64,000 nt of DNA from the human T2T-CHM13v2.0 reference genome, Homo sapiens. The stretch lies in the NCBI RefSeq assembly GCF_009914755.1, contig NC_060947.1; one strand, 5' to 3'. The position numbers and the translations under genes were made by a program. The notes beneath the pieces were generated by a model. It saw nothing but the letters and a program-made list of their open reading frames with translations, did no database searches and was not told the origin of the DNA. Numbering within the stretch: the stretch's first letter is position 1; each line of letters starts with the position of its first letter. Positions 1 through 13,893 of this stretch are shown piece by piece.

Positions 1-630
1 ATATAGTAGAGTTTACTTCAGGGCTATTATATTCTATTGTTCTACATTCCCTTTTTTTAAGCCAATACCACAGTGTTTTGATTATGGTAGCTTTGTAGTA
101 AGTTTTGAAATCAGGACGTATGACCCTTCAACTTCATTCTTTTTTCAAGATCGTTTCAACTATTCCTGGATCCATGAGATTACATGGGAATTTTTGATAG
201 AGTTGTCTATTTCTGCAGAAAAACTAATTGGGATTTTCTTAGAGATGGCACTGAATGTGTAGTTTGTTTTGAGTAACTCGGATACCTCAACAACAATATT
301 GAGTGTTCCATTTCATAAACCTGGGGTTCCTTTTCATTTATTTATAAAAATAAATGTTTAATTTCTTTCAGGATTGTTTTGTAGTTGTCAGTGTATAAGT
401 CTTCCACCTTCTTGGTTAATTCCTAAGTATTTTACTCTTTTTGTTACTATTTTAAATAAAATTGTTTCCTTAATCTCCTTTTTGGACTGCATCACTGTTA
501 GTGCATAAAATATAACTTATTTCTGTATATTGATTTTATTTACTGCAATTGTGCTTAATTTATTAGTTCTAGCAGGTTTTTTGTGTGGAAATCTCTAGAA
601 TTTTCTACATATAAGATCATATCATCTGAG
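1..630 (-). mobile_element. Old L1 (L1M-type) ORF2 fragment
   Basis: Antisense L1 ORF2-like text (gtagctttgtagtaagttttgaaatcagg, ttcctaagtatttt, ataagatcatatcatctg). Confidence 0.8.
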
Positions 631-694
631 AAGCTTATAAAATTTTTGCATACACTCTTTCAAAGCTGATTTTTCTGATGAAAATTTGAAATGC

Positions 695-905
695 ATTGCA
701 CAGCATGAATATAGTTAATAGAGTATTGCTCATTTCGAAGCTGCTAAGAGAGTACACTTCAAATGTTCTCTCCACAAAAGTCTTTGAGGTGATAGATATG
801 TTAACTAGCTTGATTTAATTACTCCACATTGTATTCATAAATTCTACCATCACTTTGTATGCCATATATTTATACAATTATATATTGTCAATTTACAATA
901 AAAAG
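695..905 (+). mobile_element. L1MA-type 3' UTR fragment
   Basis: gctaagagagta..aaatgttctc..gaggtgatagatatgttaactagcttgat motif ending in an A-rich tail. Confidence 0.75.
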
Positions 906-3125
906 AGGCATATAAAATTTGCATTCTCTTAAAGTCTTTAATGCTTGCCAACACCATTTCTCTGATTCAATTCAAGCTGTCCAATGCCGCATTAATACAT
1001 ACCATTAAACAAAACTACTCCGCATTATAGGCATAGTAATAGGATTACATTTACCTGGCTTCCAACCAAAAGCAACACCGCTAACATTAAAATAAAATAT
1101 TCTCATCATGAATTAGTAATTTCATATTAACAGAAGCTAAAGGCACCTAGTATTTTTTGAGGCTCATTTGCATATGGGTATATACTCAGATTTCTTTTCC
1201 AAAAAAGTAGCCATTTAAAGGGAACCCTGGTGTAAAATTTAGAAAACAGATGTAGAAAAATCATAAAATATCCAAATAAGTTTTTACAAAATTTTCCTAT
1301 GCTATTTCCTTTATATTTTCTTTAGTCCATCTCCATTTATGAATTATTCAGGAAAAAAAACCCCAAAATGATTTTCCGTGTTATAGAAGATCATACTCCA
1401 AAATTGACCAAAAAGCTTCATTTGTTAAGACTGTAAGTTCTATATGTGCCATTAAACATACTTACTTTTTCTAGACTTATAGTCCCAATTCTGACGTTTA
1501 TATCCAATTTAGAGTGTCAGACTATTTCTTCTCTCCTCTATTTTAGAGGCAGTCTGAAGTCTTTCAACAAGAAAATTTTGTAATGAGGTGGGTTTTTTTC
1601 CACTTAGTGTTTGATCAGGAACAAAGCATCTAATTACTTGGAGCCCATTTTCTCATCTGGAATATTAAGCTAATGCTATTTTGTCAATAGGATTTTTGTA
1701 AGGATTATAACTAGTCTATAAAACATTATGCAAGTATTTGATTCTACTGTCACAAGAACCGATGCTTTCAAAAATACATTAATTCAGACCTCAACACCAA
1801 TTAGATATATAAGCATTTATGTGTTATACCTGATGCTCATCTATATATATACACACCCTACTATGTGTCTGTAAATCTCTGTTTGGGAGAAAGGTGCAAT
1901 ACACCATGCTAAAGAATCAATTATTTTCATAAAGGCTTAACTATTGATAAGAGATATAGATATAACATTGAGTGTTTCACAGGAGTTACACACACACATA
2001 ACTTTATTCAATTTCCAGCAATGTTTCAACTAAAAATATTCTGTCAAAGTCAATTTACATAATGGTGAGATTAAAGTAAAACTAAGAAACGTCAGTGGAT
2101 ACCAGTAGAATATGACAGTTTATTAATTTTATTTATAACACACAAAAGAAAAATATGTTAAAAAATGAATATGCTATCTTGCAAACACTGTCTACTATGG
2201 CAGACACTAAGAAAACTTATTTAATAACAAGACTGAAATTAGATTTCCGTCAGATGCTGTCTTTAGAATTTGGGGAATAGAGCTATTCATCCCTGGATGT
2301 GTTTCTTGGAGATGTGTCAATATCGTAACAATGAAAAACAAAATTGCTTTATACCGTTAGATATTTCTGATACAATCTTTGCCCACTCGTGGGTTTCATA
2401 AAGCTTTGTGCCAATTTTGTCACCAAGACAAGTGTATCTGATCTAACACAAATTGAACACTTTTCAGCAAAGCATTGTGTATATTATTTAATTCCCCATT
2501 CATATGTCATGAAGGGAACCAGCATGGTTACCACAATAAATTTATTTAAATCAACAAAATTCAATGTCAGAATGTATCATTTTTTTCTATGGTATACTTA
2601 AGGTTCCATTAAATTTACTGACATTCCTTCATTTTAGAAATTATAATCCCACTGGGACCACGATTTTCTTAACATAGAATTGAATCTAATGGATATTTTC
2701 CTCTTATTGACTTGAGGTAATTAAGCTCCCCATTGAGAAGACCACCAGATAGTTTTATTTATGAAGCTGATAGTTCCTAACTATGGCAGAGACAGGCTGT
2801 CAAACAACCATGTCCTTTCTCCAGCTTTTAAAGTATAGATTTTTCACTTAGAAGCAGCCACTCAGCCAGCCACTGCATTATCCTTGTAGACAGGCATGGC
2901 TATATACATGTTTCATGAGCACACATCCCCTTCATGTGGAAAGTGAAGGGAGCACATATGCATCACCTCTACCACAAGGCTTCTAAGAAGTCACTGTGGC
3001 TTTTCTGTATTTGCTTCCCCCTCTTCAATGGCTATATGAAAAAACAAAAAAACAAAAAACATCATCATCTGTGAAGAAGGTAGAGCCACAACAAAGGCAG
3101 AAAAATATAGAAAAATATTAGTCAC

Positions 3126-3466
3126 TGTAATTAGTCCATTTTCACACTGCTGATAAATACCTGCCGAGACTGGACGATTTACAAAAGAAAGACGTTTAAT
3201 TCATTTACGGTTCCACGTGGCTGGGGTGGCCTCACAATCATGGCAGAATGCGAAAGGCATGTCTCACATGGTGGCAGACGAGAAGGTAACTTGTGCAAGG
3301 AGTCTCCCCCTTATGAAGCCATCAGATCTCACGAGACTTACCACTATCAAGAAAACAGCACGGGAAAGACCTGCCCCCATGATTCAATTACCTCCCACTG
3401 GGCCACTCCCAGAACACGTGGGAATTCAAGATGCAATTTGGGTGGGGACACAGCCAAACCATATCA
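3126..3466 (-). mobile_element. THE1B-like solo LTR (ERVL-MaLR)
   Basis: Minus strand starts TGATATGGTTTGGCTGTGTCCCCACCC and ends ...GACTAATTACA. 5-bp target-site duplication GTCAC at 3121-3125 and 3467-3471. Confidence 0.93.
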
Positions 3467-4654
3467 GTCACCAATAAGGAACACCTACATTGGACTTATA
3501 CCTGGGCTACATATAAACTATTGTTTTAAGCTCCTTTCTATTTTGGCACTTATGTGTTAAAGCAGCAAGGTTGTTTAGCTAATTCAGTGACACGAGATCA
3601 CACTTTGTTTCTGATGATTTAAATAAGAATTAATAGAATTCAGTTGCACCAGGCCATCAAGACTAATCATGCCCTTGGAAAGATATAAGAGCAGATGAAT
3701 AATTTTTCTGTGTCACCTCAAATTCTGTGGTACTACAGCTTATAGCCAAGTGATATATTCTAGTTTTATTAGTAAATTGAGTAAACATTACTATCCAGGA
3801 AAAACCAGAAAAAAAAAAAAACAGGAGGCTTATAATAAATATGACATTTTATCTTTGAAATATAAACCAGCTTCATGGAATAGTCATCTTTAAGTTCTAG
3901 GACAGTGGCAAAGTTTTTAAAAGATTGAACACATAGTCATCACCAATAAACCCTTACTTAGTACAGACTATGCATGAAGTACTAAGGTAAGTGACTTCTG
4001 TAAGATAAAAACATGGAGGAAACCCTTTTGTGGTTCAGGAACATGTATTCCCAAGGTTGGTATAACTGAAGGTTAGTTTAAGAATGGGTACAGAACACAT
4101 GGTGGGAAGCAATAAAAGGCAGGCATAGAAAGCCGGATTTTGTTTAGAAAGAACATGGGGTTGTATTAACAAGAGAATGACATGCTTAGACCTGTCATCT
4201 TCAAACACTAATTGTGGTGGCATATGAACAATGATTTAAAGTAGGAGGAAATTAGAGACTGGAAGACAAGCTAAGAGAGGGAACTGTAATTATCTGGGCA
4301 GCAGTTTTGGGGGATCATCCAGCAGAGAATGTAGAATTTAAAGTAAATTCCTCTAGTATTGCTATTTGGAATAGAAAACTACATTTACAATGATTTAATA
4401 CAATATACATTAATACCAAAAGTATAGTAAGACCTTAGATATAAAATGTTTACGTGTTCTTGGAGTTCCTTTTCTATGCTTGATGATCAATTGATGTATT
4501 AATTTTAGTTTTTCTAACCTAAATGTATTTGAGGGCGCTAATTTTGAAAGCAATATAAATATGTCGATTACTTTATGAGTTGCATAAAATTATATACATT
4601 AGTACAATACCAAATGTACATTTGGAGAGGGAATACAGATTCTATTAGTAATTT

Positions 4655-5100
4655 AATCATTCATTTATGTTTTTCATTAAACATTTAAGTTCCTACTGTT
4701 TTAGGACCAGGAGATATAGCAGTGAATAAAATGTACAAAGTCCTTAACTTATGAAGCTTAAATTCTAGGACTAGAAATAAAAATAAGGACAAATAAATAT
4801 GCTACACAAAATCAGGTCATGGCAAGTCCTATAAAGAAAAATAGAGCAAGGTAAAGAGAGGGAACAAAAGGCATGGAGAGGTTGGCTCTACTTAAGAGAG
4901 GATTTAGAGAGGGAAAGCCTTTCAACTACAGGAACATTTAAAAATAGAGTTGAATGAAATAAGCAGTTGAATCCTGTGATGACTCTCTGGAGAAAACACA
5001 TTTCCATATTAAAGGATCAGCAAGTACAAAGGTCCTGAGGCAGGACCTCTCTGGCACTTGACTCCCAATGAGCCTGGATCTGACTAGAAGTGAAGGCATG
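4655..5100 (-). mobile_element. L2 3' fragment
   Basis: tcattcatt...cctactg...gatatagcagtgaataaa...aagcttaaattctag, typical reverse L2 3' end. Confidence 0.65.
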
Positions 5101-5492
5101 GAGAGCCTATGATTAGCGCATGCAATATTAATTTTGATTACAAAGTTACTTTAAACTGGATTAGCTTTATCTCCAGTGAAACACTTTTCAGAGACCACAG
5201 ACAAATCTTTTGGACTACATCTAAACATTTTTTGGAAGGATTAATATTTCTATAATTTTGAAGCCATGTGAAAATTAAGATGAGTCTATTCTCATTTAGT
5301 GATCATGCCAGCCTTAGAAAGACTGAAACTGATTAAGTAAATGAAAGTTTGTCACACTTAAGGTGTAACTACTACAGATGAAAACAGAAGCCACTACAAA
5401 CCTAGCAAACTAAGTAGATTTCTAAAGTTTTCAGCAAGTGAAAACATAAATGTCATCTCATCATTGACAAATTCCCTAATCCCATTTTGTTA

Positions 5493-5516
5493 ATACACAC
5501 ACACACACACACACAC
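5493..5516. repeat. (CA)n microsatellite
   Basis: Direct reading. Confidence 0.9.
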
Positions 5517-6439
5517 TCTGCCACTACTCCTTCTGTGCCCCAATACGGCTTTTTTCAAACTACTATTATATCAAGGGCTGTGATTATGTCTTTGCAATAT
5601 TTTCAGTGTCTCACCCCTGAAAGATGCATAACAACAATTGGTTAAATATAACTAAATAGTATTCCCTGTGATGACTCTCCAAAATATACGAGTTTCTGTA
5701 CCACTTTTGCTATTTCAGAGGTTGACTATTTTAATGCTAGAGCCAGAGACACAGTAATCCAAGTGACATGCTCAAACTAAAAGCACTGATCAAGAATGAG
5801 AGGATTTTGTTTTATCTTTGAGGTTTATACATTATTCTTCTCAAGGATGGGCTCAACATCTAAGTATCTTACATGTTAAATGAAACCATTCCAAGTCAAA
5901 AAGATAAAAATACCAATATATTTATATAGAGCACTAGGAGGTCCTAACTAAGCCAGTGATTTTGATACTCTGACTATGCCATAGCCAATTCAAGGAGTAA
6001 TAGAAGGAAACACCTGAAACCGGTACAGAAGAAGATAGAACTAGAAGAATGGGCTGTCAATGCCTAACTGATGAGGGCATTGGTTGGCCATTCATAATTT
6101 GAAATGGTAAATCACTAGCTATTTCCTAAAGCAGATACTGCTGTAAAAGTTTCTGATTTCTCCCTGAGGTCATTTAAACAGGTCTTTGCTTCATTTTTGA
6201 ATGCCGTTATTAATTCATGACATATTCTACTATATGCACTTACATCCCACAAGATGAATCTCCTTTGGAGGGCCTATTGGCCCAACTACTAATATAAGTC
6301 ATTGTTAGTAGAATTCTACATCTCCCTTTCCTAACCTTTTCTTTCTACGTTTACAAGGGGGAACAGCAATTGAATTAAAATAAACATCATTTAAAAATCA
6401 GCAATAGCATGAGTTACAATAACTAGTCTTTACTCTGTA

Positions 6440-6610
6440 CTATATGAAGTATTTAACATACATTAACCCATTTATTATTAACCACATTGCACAAATGAGG
6501 AAACTGACGAACTAATTGCTTGTGTAAAGTTTTTAAGGTCACACATCTGGTAGGTAGCAGAGCTAGGATTCAAAGACAGTGCAGCTCAAGAGCCTATGCT
6601 CTTTACTCTT
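6440..6610 (-). mobile_element. MIR
   Basis: aaatgaggaaactga...aaggtcacacatctggta..gcagagctaggattcaaa core. Confidence 0.7.
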
Positions 6611-7259
6611 ACATAGAGGTAGACGTTTTAAAGGGACAAAAATATTCTGAGTTGATCATTTCTCCCTATGTAAGTGAACTAATATATCACTCCCTAATCA
6701 ATCCCTGTATCCTAAAGAGTTAATATAGGATGTAATATAGGATGATCTAAGAACTCGGATACAACAGACTCCCCCCTATATCAAGCAAGAGTCCCTTATG
6801 CCAAGCATAATTACCCGTGATGGCTAACATAAAATCGTTTGGGGAAAATAAACATATCAAATTGTTTAAGCTCAAGTAGATTTACAGAAACTCGGGCAAA
6901 CTCATGTGTTCCAAGATAACACCACAGACTGTCACAGCAACTCATCTGGTAAGCTAATTCTGACCAATCTGTCGAGAGCATACTTAGAACCATCCAGCTC
7001 AGCGTGTAAAACTCTTAAGTATCCTTCCGTCATGCTCCTCTTCTGAGAGGCTATGACTATTCCCTGAAGGTGGTGCTTACCCTTTCCCTGTAAATTTAAC
7101 AAGCTCAGCTTTGGGTGATCAACACCTTTGACTGGAGGACATTACAGGTGTTTCTATGGTATTCATTCATAAACTAAAAGTAGAGCTGACTGAAAGCCTG
7201 GTATTTATAGCTAGCGAGAGAAATGTCCAATTATTAGATGAGGTTCATTTTCGTTAATT

Positions 7260-7705
7260 ATTTTAGTTATTATGACTACATAATAGTTGTACATTTGGGG
7301 TGCATGGGATATTTTGATACATGAATACAACATGTAATGATAAATCAGGGAAATTAGGGCATCCATCACCTCAAGCATTTATCATTTATGTTAGCTAAAT
7401 TCCAATTTAACTATTATTTTGAAATATAAATTATTGGTAACTATAATCACTCTAGGGTGCTACCAAACACTAGATCTGATTCCTTCTATCTAACTATATA
7501 CTTTTTATTTTTTTTTTTTTTTTACCTATTTACCACTCCCTCCTTATCCTGTCCTCCCCACTTACCCTTCTCAGCATCTGGTAACCATCATCCCACTCTC
7601 TATCTCCATGAGTTCAATTTACTTTAGCTCCCACATATGAGTGAGAACTTGCAATATTTGTGTCTCTGTGCCTGGTTGATTTCACTTAACAATGTCCTCC
7701 AGTTT
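7260..7705 (-). mobile_element. L1MA-type 3' end
   Basis: catccatcacctcaagcatttatcat, ctctatctccatgagttcaatt, ctcccacatatgagtgagaac. Confidence 0.85.
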
Positions 7706-8410
7706 TATTTTCTATTATTTTTCTTTCTCTCGCTCTCCTTTTTTAAAGCTCCTCTGGAGTGCTCTTTCTTAGTTTTCAATACTATATTTTCTGAACATGT
7801 TTTTTAAAATCTACATCTGGCATCTGATCTATTCCTACAACCTATCCATATTCTGTCTGACCTATATTTTTATTTATACTTTAATTCCATTTGAATTTCT
7901 GCTCTGGGCTTTAGTTTACACTTGCAATGTGTGATATCTGATATCTGGCCCATCCTGGAACAGAAGAAATATATCATTACCAATGGAAAAACACATTAAA
8001 TGATAGGAACATAGGAAAGTCGGTTTAAGATAAATGGGCCCCTAGAAAGATACACTCGCACAACAGTATGTACATTATATAAAGATGTTAAGATTAGGGA
8101 TGTCTGAAATTCCTTAGGAGAAATGGCCTGCTAAAGGGCAAGGGTTCCACGATTGTAATATAAGAGAGTTATTCAATTTTACTAAAAATAAGTTAAAATA
8201 TTTTTAATAACGTAATCAACATTTACCAAGTACCCCTTCTTTCAAGTAATGGGACTAAGACCGGAGGGAAAGAAACAATTCGTAAGATGCAACTTCTCCA
8301 TTAAAGCTGTTTAAGTCCACAGTCAATTACACTGAAACACTGATTCCAAGAGCATCTTAAGTTAATCTGGATTTATTCTTTCTAGGTAGTTCTATCACTT
8401 AGTATACTTA

Positions 8411-10737
8411 TGTATTAGTCCATTTTCACACTGCCATAAGGAATACCTGAGACTGGGTAATTTAGAAAGAAAGAGGTTTAATTGATTCACAGTTCCGCAT
8501 GGCTGGGGAAGCCTCAGGAAACTTAAAATCATGGTGAAAGGCAAAGGGGAAGCAAGCACTCTCTTCACTAGGTGGCAGGAGGGGGCAGGGAACAGCCAGA
8601 CACTTAAACCATCAGAACTTGTGAGAACTATCATGAGTGCAGCATAGGGGAACCACCCATCCCCCATCCCCCAAATGATCCAATATCCCACCAGTTCCCT
8701 CCCTTGACACGTGGGGATTACAATTTGAGACAAAATTTGGGTGGGTACACATAGCCAAACCATATCATTCTGCTCCCGGCCCCTCCCAAGCCTCATGTCA
8801 TCACATTTCAAAACACAGTCATGCCTTCCCAACAGTCTCGCAAAGTCTTAACTCATTTCGGCATTAAGTCAAAATTCCAAGTCCAAAGTTTCATCTGAGA
8901 CAAGGCAAGTTCTCTCTGCCTACAAGCCTGTAAAACCAAAAGCAAGCTAGTTACTTCCAAGGTACAATGCAGGTATAAGTATTGGGTAAATGTTTCCATT
9001 CTAAATGGGGGAAACTGGTCAAAGCAAAGTAGACACAGGTCCCACGCAAGTTTGAAATGCAGCCAGGCAATCGTTAAATCTTAAAGCTCCCAAATCTGCC
9101 TTGACTCCATGTCTCATATCCAGGGCAGGCTGATGCAAGGGGTGGGCTCCCATGACCTTGGACAGCTCCACGCCTGTGGCTCTGCAGAGCACAGCCCCCA
9201 TGGCTTTCACAGTGCCTGCAGCTTTTCTAAGTGCATGGTGCAAGTTGTCAGTGGATCTACCATTCTGGGGTCTAGATGGTGGGCCTCTTCTCATGGCTCC
9301 ACTAGGCAGTGCCCCAGTGAGGACTCTGTGGTGGGGGGAAGGGCTCCAACCCCACATTTCCCCCCTGCATTGCCCTAGTAGAGGTTCTCCATGAGGACTC
9401 CGCCCCTGCAGCAGACTTCTACCTGAACATCCAGGTGTTTCCATACATCCTCTAGACATCTAGGCAGAGGTTCCCAAACCTCATTTCTTGCCTTCTGCAC
9501 AGCCGTAGGCAGAACACCACATGGAAGCTGCCAAGGCTTGGGGCTTGCACCCTCTGAAGCAATGGTGCAAGATGTACCTTGGCCCCTTTTAGCCAAGGCT
9601 GGAGCTGAAGCAGCTAGGACACAGGAAGCCAGGTCCCAAGGCTGCACAGAGCAGTGGGGCCTTGGGCCTGGCCCACCAAACCATTTTTCCCTTCTAGGCC
9701 TCTGGGCCTGTGATGGAAGGGGCTGGCACAAAGGTCTCTGACATACCCTGAAGACGTTTTCCCCATTGTCTTGGCTACTAACATTCTGCTTCTCTTTACT
9801 TATGCAAATTTCTGCAGCAGGCTTGACTTACTCCCTAGAAAATGGGTTTTTCTTTTCTGCCGCATGGACAGGCTGCAAATTTTCCAAACTTTTATGCTCT
9901 GCTTTCCTTTTAAAGAAAAGTTCCCATTTCAGATAATCTCTCTGTGAACGCATATAACCGTATGTTTTCAGAAAAAGTCAAGTCACATCTTGAATGCCTT
10001 GCTGCTTACAGATTTCTGCCAGATACCCTAAATCATCTCTCAAGTTCAAAGTTCCACAGATGTCTAGGGAAGGGGCAAAATGCCACCAATCTCTTTGCTA
10101 AAGCATAGCAAGAGTCACTTTTACTCCAGTTCCCAACAAGTTCCTCATCTCCATCTGAGACTATCTCAGCCTGGACTTCATTGTCCGTATCACTATCAAC
10201 ATTGTGGTCAAAGCCATTCAACAAGTCTCTGGGAAATTCCAAACTCTCCCTCATCTTTCTGTCTTCTTCTGACCCCCCCCCCAAATTGTTCCAACCTCTG
10301 CCAGTTACCCAGTTCCAAAGTCACTTCTATAATTGCTATATTTATAGCAATGCCCCACTATCTGGGCACCAATTTTCTGTTTTAGTCTGTTTTCACACTG
10401 TTATAAAGAGTACCTGTGGTTGGGTAATTTATAAGTAAAAGAGGATTAATAGACTCACAGTTCTACATGGGTGGGGAGGCCCCCAGGAAACTTACAATCA
10501 TGGTGGAAGGTGAAGGGGAAGCAAGTACCTTCTTCACAGGGCAGTGGGGTCGGGGGGAAGGCTGTCAAATACTTTTAAACCATCAGATCACATGAGCATT
10601 CACACACTATCACAAGAAGAGCATGGGGACAACCGCCTCCCTGATCCAATCACCTCCCACCAGGACCCTCCCTCTACACGTGGGGATTACAATTTGAGAT
10701 GAGACTTGGGTAGGGGACACAGAGCCAAATTATATCA
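8411..10737 (-). mobile_element. Full-length MSTA-like MaLR element (LTR 8411-8767, internal 8768-10377, LTR 10378-10737)
   Basis: Two homologous ~360-bp LTRs (tgt..ttagtc...atatca) flank a 1.6-kb MaLR internal region. TSD ACTTA at 8406-8410 and 10738-10742. Confidence 0.92.
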
Positions 10738-11267
10738 ACTTATTAATGCAGAATAAATTGTTTCCAATACAATGAGAAATTTTCCCTAAGTTTTTCTATT
10801 TGTGACACCTCAAAACTAAACCACTGATGTTCTCAAATGCTTAATTAATTAAACAAACTCATCCAACCAAAAATATGCTTGTGCATGAAAGCTGATGTTT
10901 TATGGTTACAAAAAGTAAAACAAAATAGTATGAAATAAGGAAAACATACTGCATTCTATGCACTGATAAAATGAATGAAGCTAAATGGGTCATAAAAAAG
11001 TATATCCAGTTTTATAGGGCGTGAGGCCTATATAGCAGCATAAATTTGTCTTTTTTTTTTGTTTTTACAGTAATTAAGAGTATGCAACACGCTCCACAAT
11101 TATCTGAGTAATTAGATTTTCTCAATTAAAAACGAGCACTGATAAGATTAGCTGGATTTCTAGGTCACTTTGTTTCGCAGCATTATCAATTTATCCAGGT
11201 CAGAATCTTACATCTAGGGATACAGACTGGACTGGAAGTTCCTAGTTTTTAAGTTTGGTTTCTGGTT

Positions 11268-11295
11268 GGGGGGGGGGGGGGGTTGGGGGGGGGGG
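11268..11295 (+). repeat. Poly-G tract G15-TT-G11
   Basis: Direct reading. Confidence 0.9.
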
Positions 11296-12465
11296 AATCC
11301 TACCAAGCTAGGAAATTAATGGGAGGATGCAATTGAAATAACTAGGATAGTACTTAATGTGTTGTAAATAATAATGGCAGTTATTACTTTGTAAAAACAT
11401 ATTTTAAGCAAGTATGGAATTTCTCAGAAAACTTAACCTCAAAGCAAAAATTTTAAGATTGTTTATGGTAAGAATTTAATATCATTTTCCATGTATTCTC
11501 ATTCTTACTGTTATTATTTCAGTCATTGGGGAAAGTTATGCTTCCTTCAGATGGGGTGATTAGAATAAACAAGAATAAGACCTCTGAATTCAGGACTTCG
11601 CAGTTTTCCAAAAGAAATCGGTATTTTTTAAACTTTTAACAGATTACTCCTTTCTATTGAGCAAATCTTTACCTTTCCAATTGGTATTTAGACATGTAAA
11701 TTTAAAACAAAGACATTCTTCTGCAAGGAAATTTCAGATGCTTCCATAAGCATTTGAAACAGCCCAACTGTTTTTGCATACTTAAGGAAAGAGCTATCTT
11801 AAGGATGGCAACAGTTACTGTGTAAAAATTTTAGAAATCCTTTTAAGTATCAAGTATACATTCTTATGCCCTGTGCACATCGCTGCTCAATTTTGGATGT
11901 CCAGCAGTGTGCGCACGTCCATGTGTGCATGCACATAATTATATACCCATGCACATGAGCACATTCATTTAACCATACAAGAAGCAATCCCAGCAAGAAT
12001 TCTAAAAAACTGATATATGTCTGAATATTACTGGAAAAGAGACTGTAGGTGAGACCTGGGCTTCATATGGTTCAACATAGATTTGTCAGTTGATGCTGTT
12101 AATTAAAAATAATACAGAATATATAGGACAAAGTATTGTGTGTTGATGTAATTGTCCCATGACTGTGCCAGGTAAGAAGCGTAGAGGATAATATTCCCTG
12201 AAAACAGTAGGGATTTCTACTGCTAAACATCTTTTAAAATGTCAGATCCTCGCAAAAAAAAAAAAAAAAAATATGGACTTTCGTCTAGGGTGAGGGAAAA
12301 AGTTTTTCCCTTCGTGCCTTTTGTGATTCAAGTCCCGAACCCTATAGAAATGAGCACTGCTGGACTTCTACCATTGAGGGCAGTTTGTCAGGCCCCAAAG
12401 CTGAACAGCCAAGTACAACAGACCAGAGCTAAGAAACTGAACAGAAAAAAAACTACAGAGAGTGC

Positions 12466-12955
12466 AGTAGTATTCAATTACTGTTGTAACATATTCCCAA
12501 AATCTTAATGGCTTAAAACAAGACAAATGTTTTATCTTACAGCTGAGTAGGTTAGACATCTGACATGAGTCTTATTAGACTAAACTCAAGCAACAGCAGG
12601 GCTTTGTTCCTTTCTGGAAATTCTAGAAGAGATCATGTTTCTTTCCCTTTTCTAGCTTTTATAGACCTCCAATATTCCTTAACCCCTGGTCTTCCTCCAT
12701 TCTTCAAAGCGAACAACAGTAGGTATAGTCTTTCTCAAATTATATCACTCAGGCCTACTCTTGTGCCTCTTTCATTTTTAAGCATTCCGGTGACTACATA
12801 GTGTGCACTCAGGTAATCCAGGTTAATCTCCCTCCCTATTTTAAGATCAGCTAATTAACAACCTTAATTCCCCTGTGTCATGTATCATGTACTATACTCA
12901 CAGGTTCTAGGGATTTCGACATGAGTATCCTTGGGGAGCCAGCATCCAACTACCA
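12466..12955 (-). mobile_element. MLT1-type MaLR LTR
   Basis: ctgttgtaaca...tggcttaaaacaa...gggctttgttcctttctgga...tcacaggttctagggatt motifs. Confidence 0.75.
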
Positions 12956-13530
12956 AAGGAGAGTTTAAATATGCAGGTTTAAACAAAAAAGTCGTATCAT
13001 ATTGAGTATCCAGATTTCACTTTGTCTCCGATATACTCTAATTCTGGTATTCCCAAGTATTAAATATCTTGGGCACCAATTATTTTTGTAAACTGGTGCC
13101 TGTAATAAATTTGACTAAATTAAGCTGATTATTTAAGCTAATTGTTCATGTATGAATTATTTCATCATTCCACTGATAGGTGGCACAGTAGCTCACACAA
13201 TTCCAAGAGATTTAGTTTCAAATGAAAGTCGTCCTATTCATCCCCTTTATTATTGATTTTACTGCACACACACAGAGAGTCATTACTAGATGGGAACTGA
13301 TAACAATGTTGCTCGGACACACAATGACACCTAATATTTATATTAATATGCTAGCACATTTTTTCTGTTCCTATTTTTTGATAGCTGCAAATTAGTCTTT
13401 TGTCGCACATTCCCTTTTTCATGAGGTTTTTAAAATGTTTAATAAATCATCTACATATTTAATTTTTACCACTAGCATTTAGACATTTTTAAAGTTATCT
13501 TTTGAAACTAAATTATTTTTAGATTTTACA

Positions 13531-13893
13531 GATGTTCCCCCTTCCTGTGTCCATGTGTTCTCATTGTTCAATTCCCACCTATGAGTGAGAACATGCGGTG
13601 TTTGGTTTTTTATCCTTGCGATAGTTTGCTGAGAATGATGGTTTCCAGCTTCATCCATGTCCCTACAAAGGACATGAACTCATCCTTTTTTATGGCTGCA
13701 TACGGCCTGTGGTGGGGTGGGGTGGGGTGGGGTGGGGGTATGGGGGAGGGATAGCATTAGGAGATATACCTAATGTTAAATGACGAGCTAATGGGTGCAG
13801 CACACCAACATGGCACATGTATACATATGTAACAAACCTGCACGTTATGCACATGTACCCTAAAAGTATAATAAAAAAATCAAAAAAAGAAAA
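13531..13893 (+). mobile_element. Short L1PA 3' insertion with 5' inversion
   Basis: 13531-13702 is antisense L1 3' UTR; 13703-13893 is the sense 3' end with an A tail. Confidence 0.9.

Noticed and set aside
8395-10438. Several 70-146 aa ORFs
   Set aside because: All lie within the MaLR element, overlap on both strands and show no intact conserved protein.
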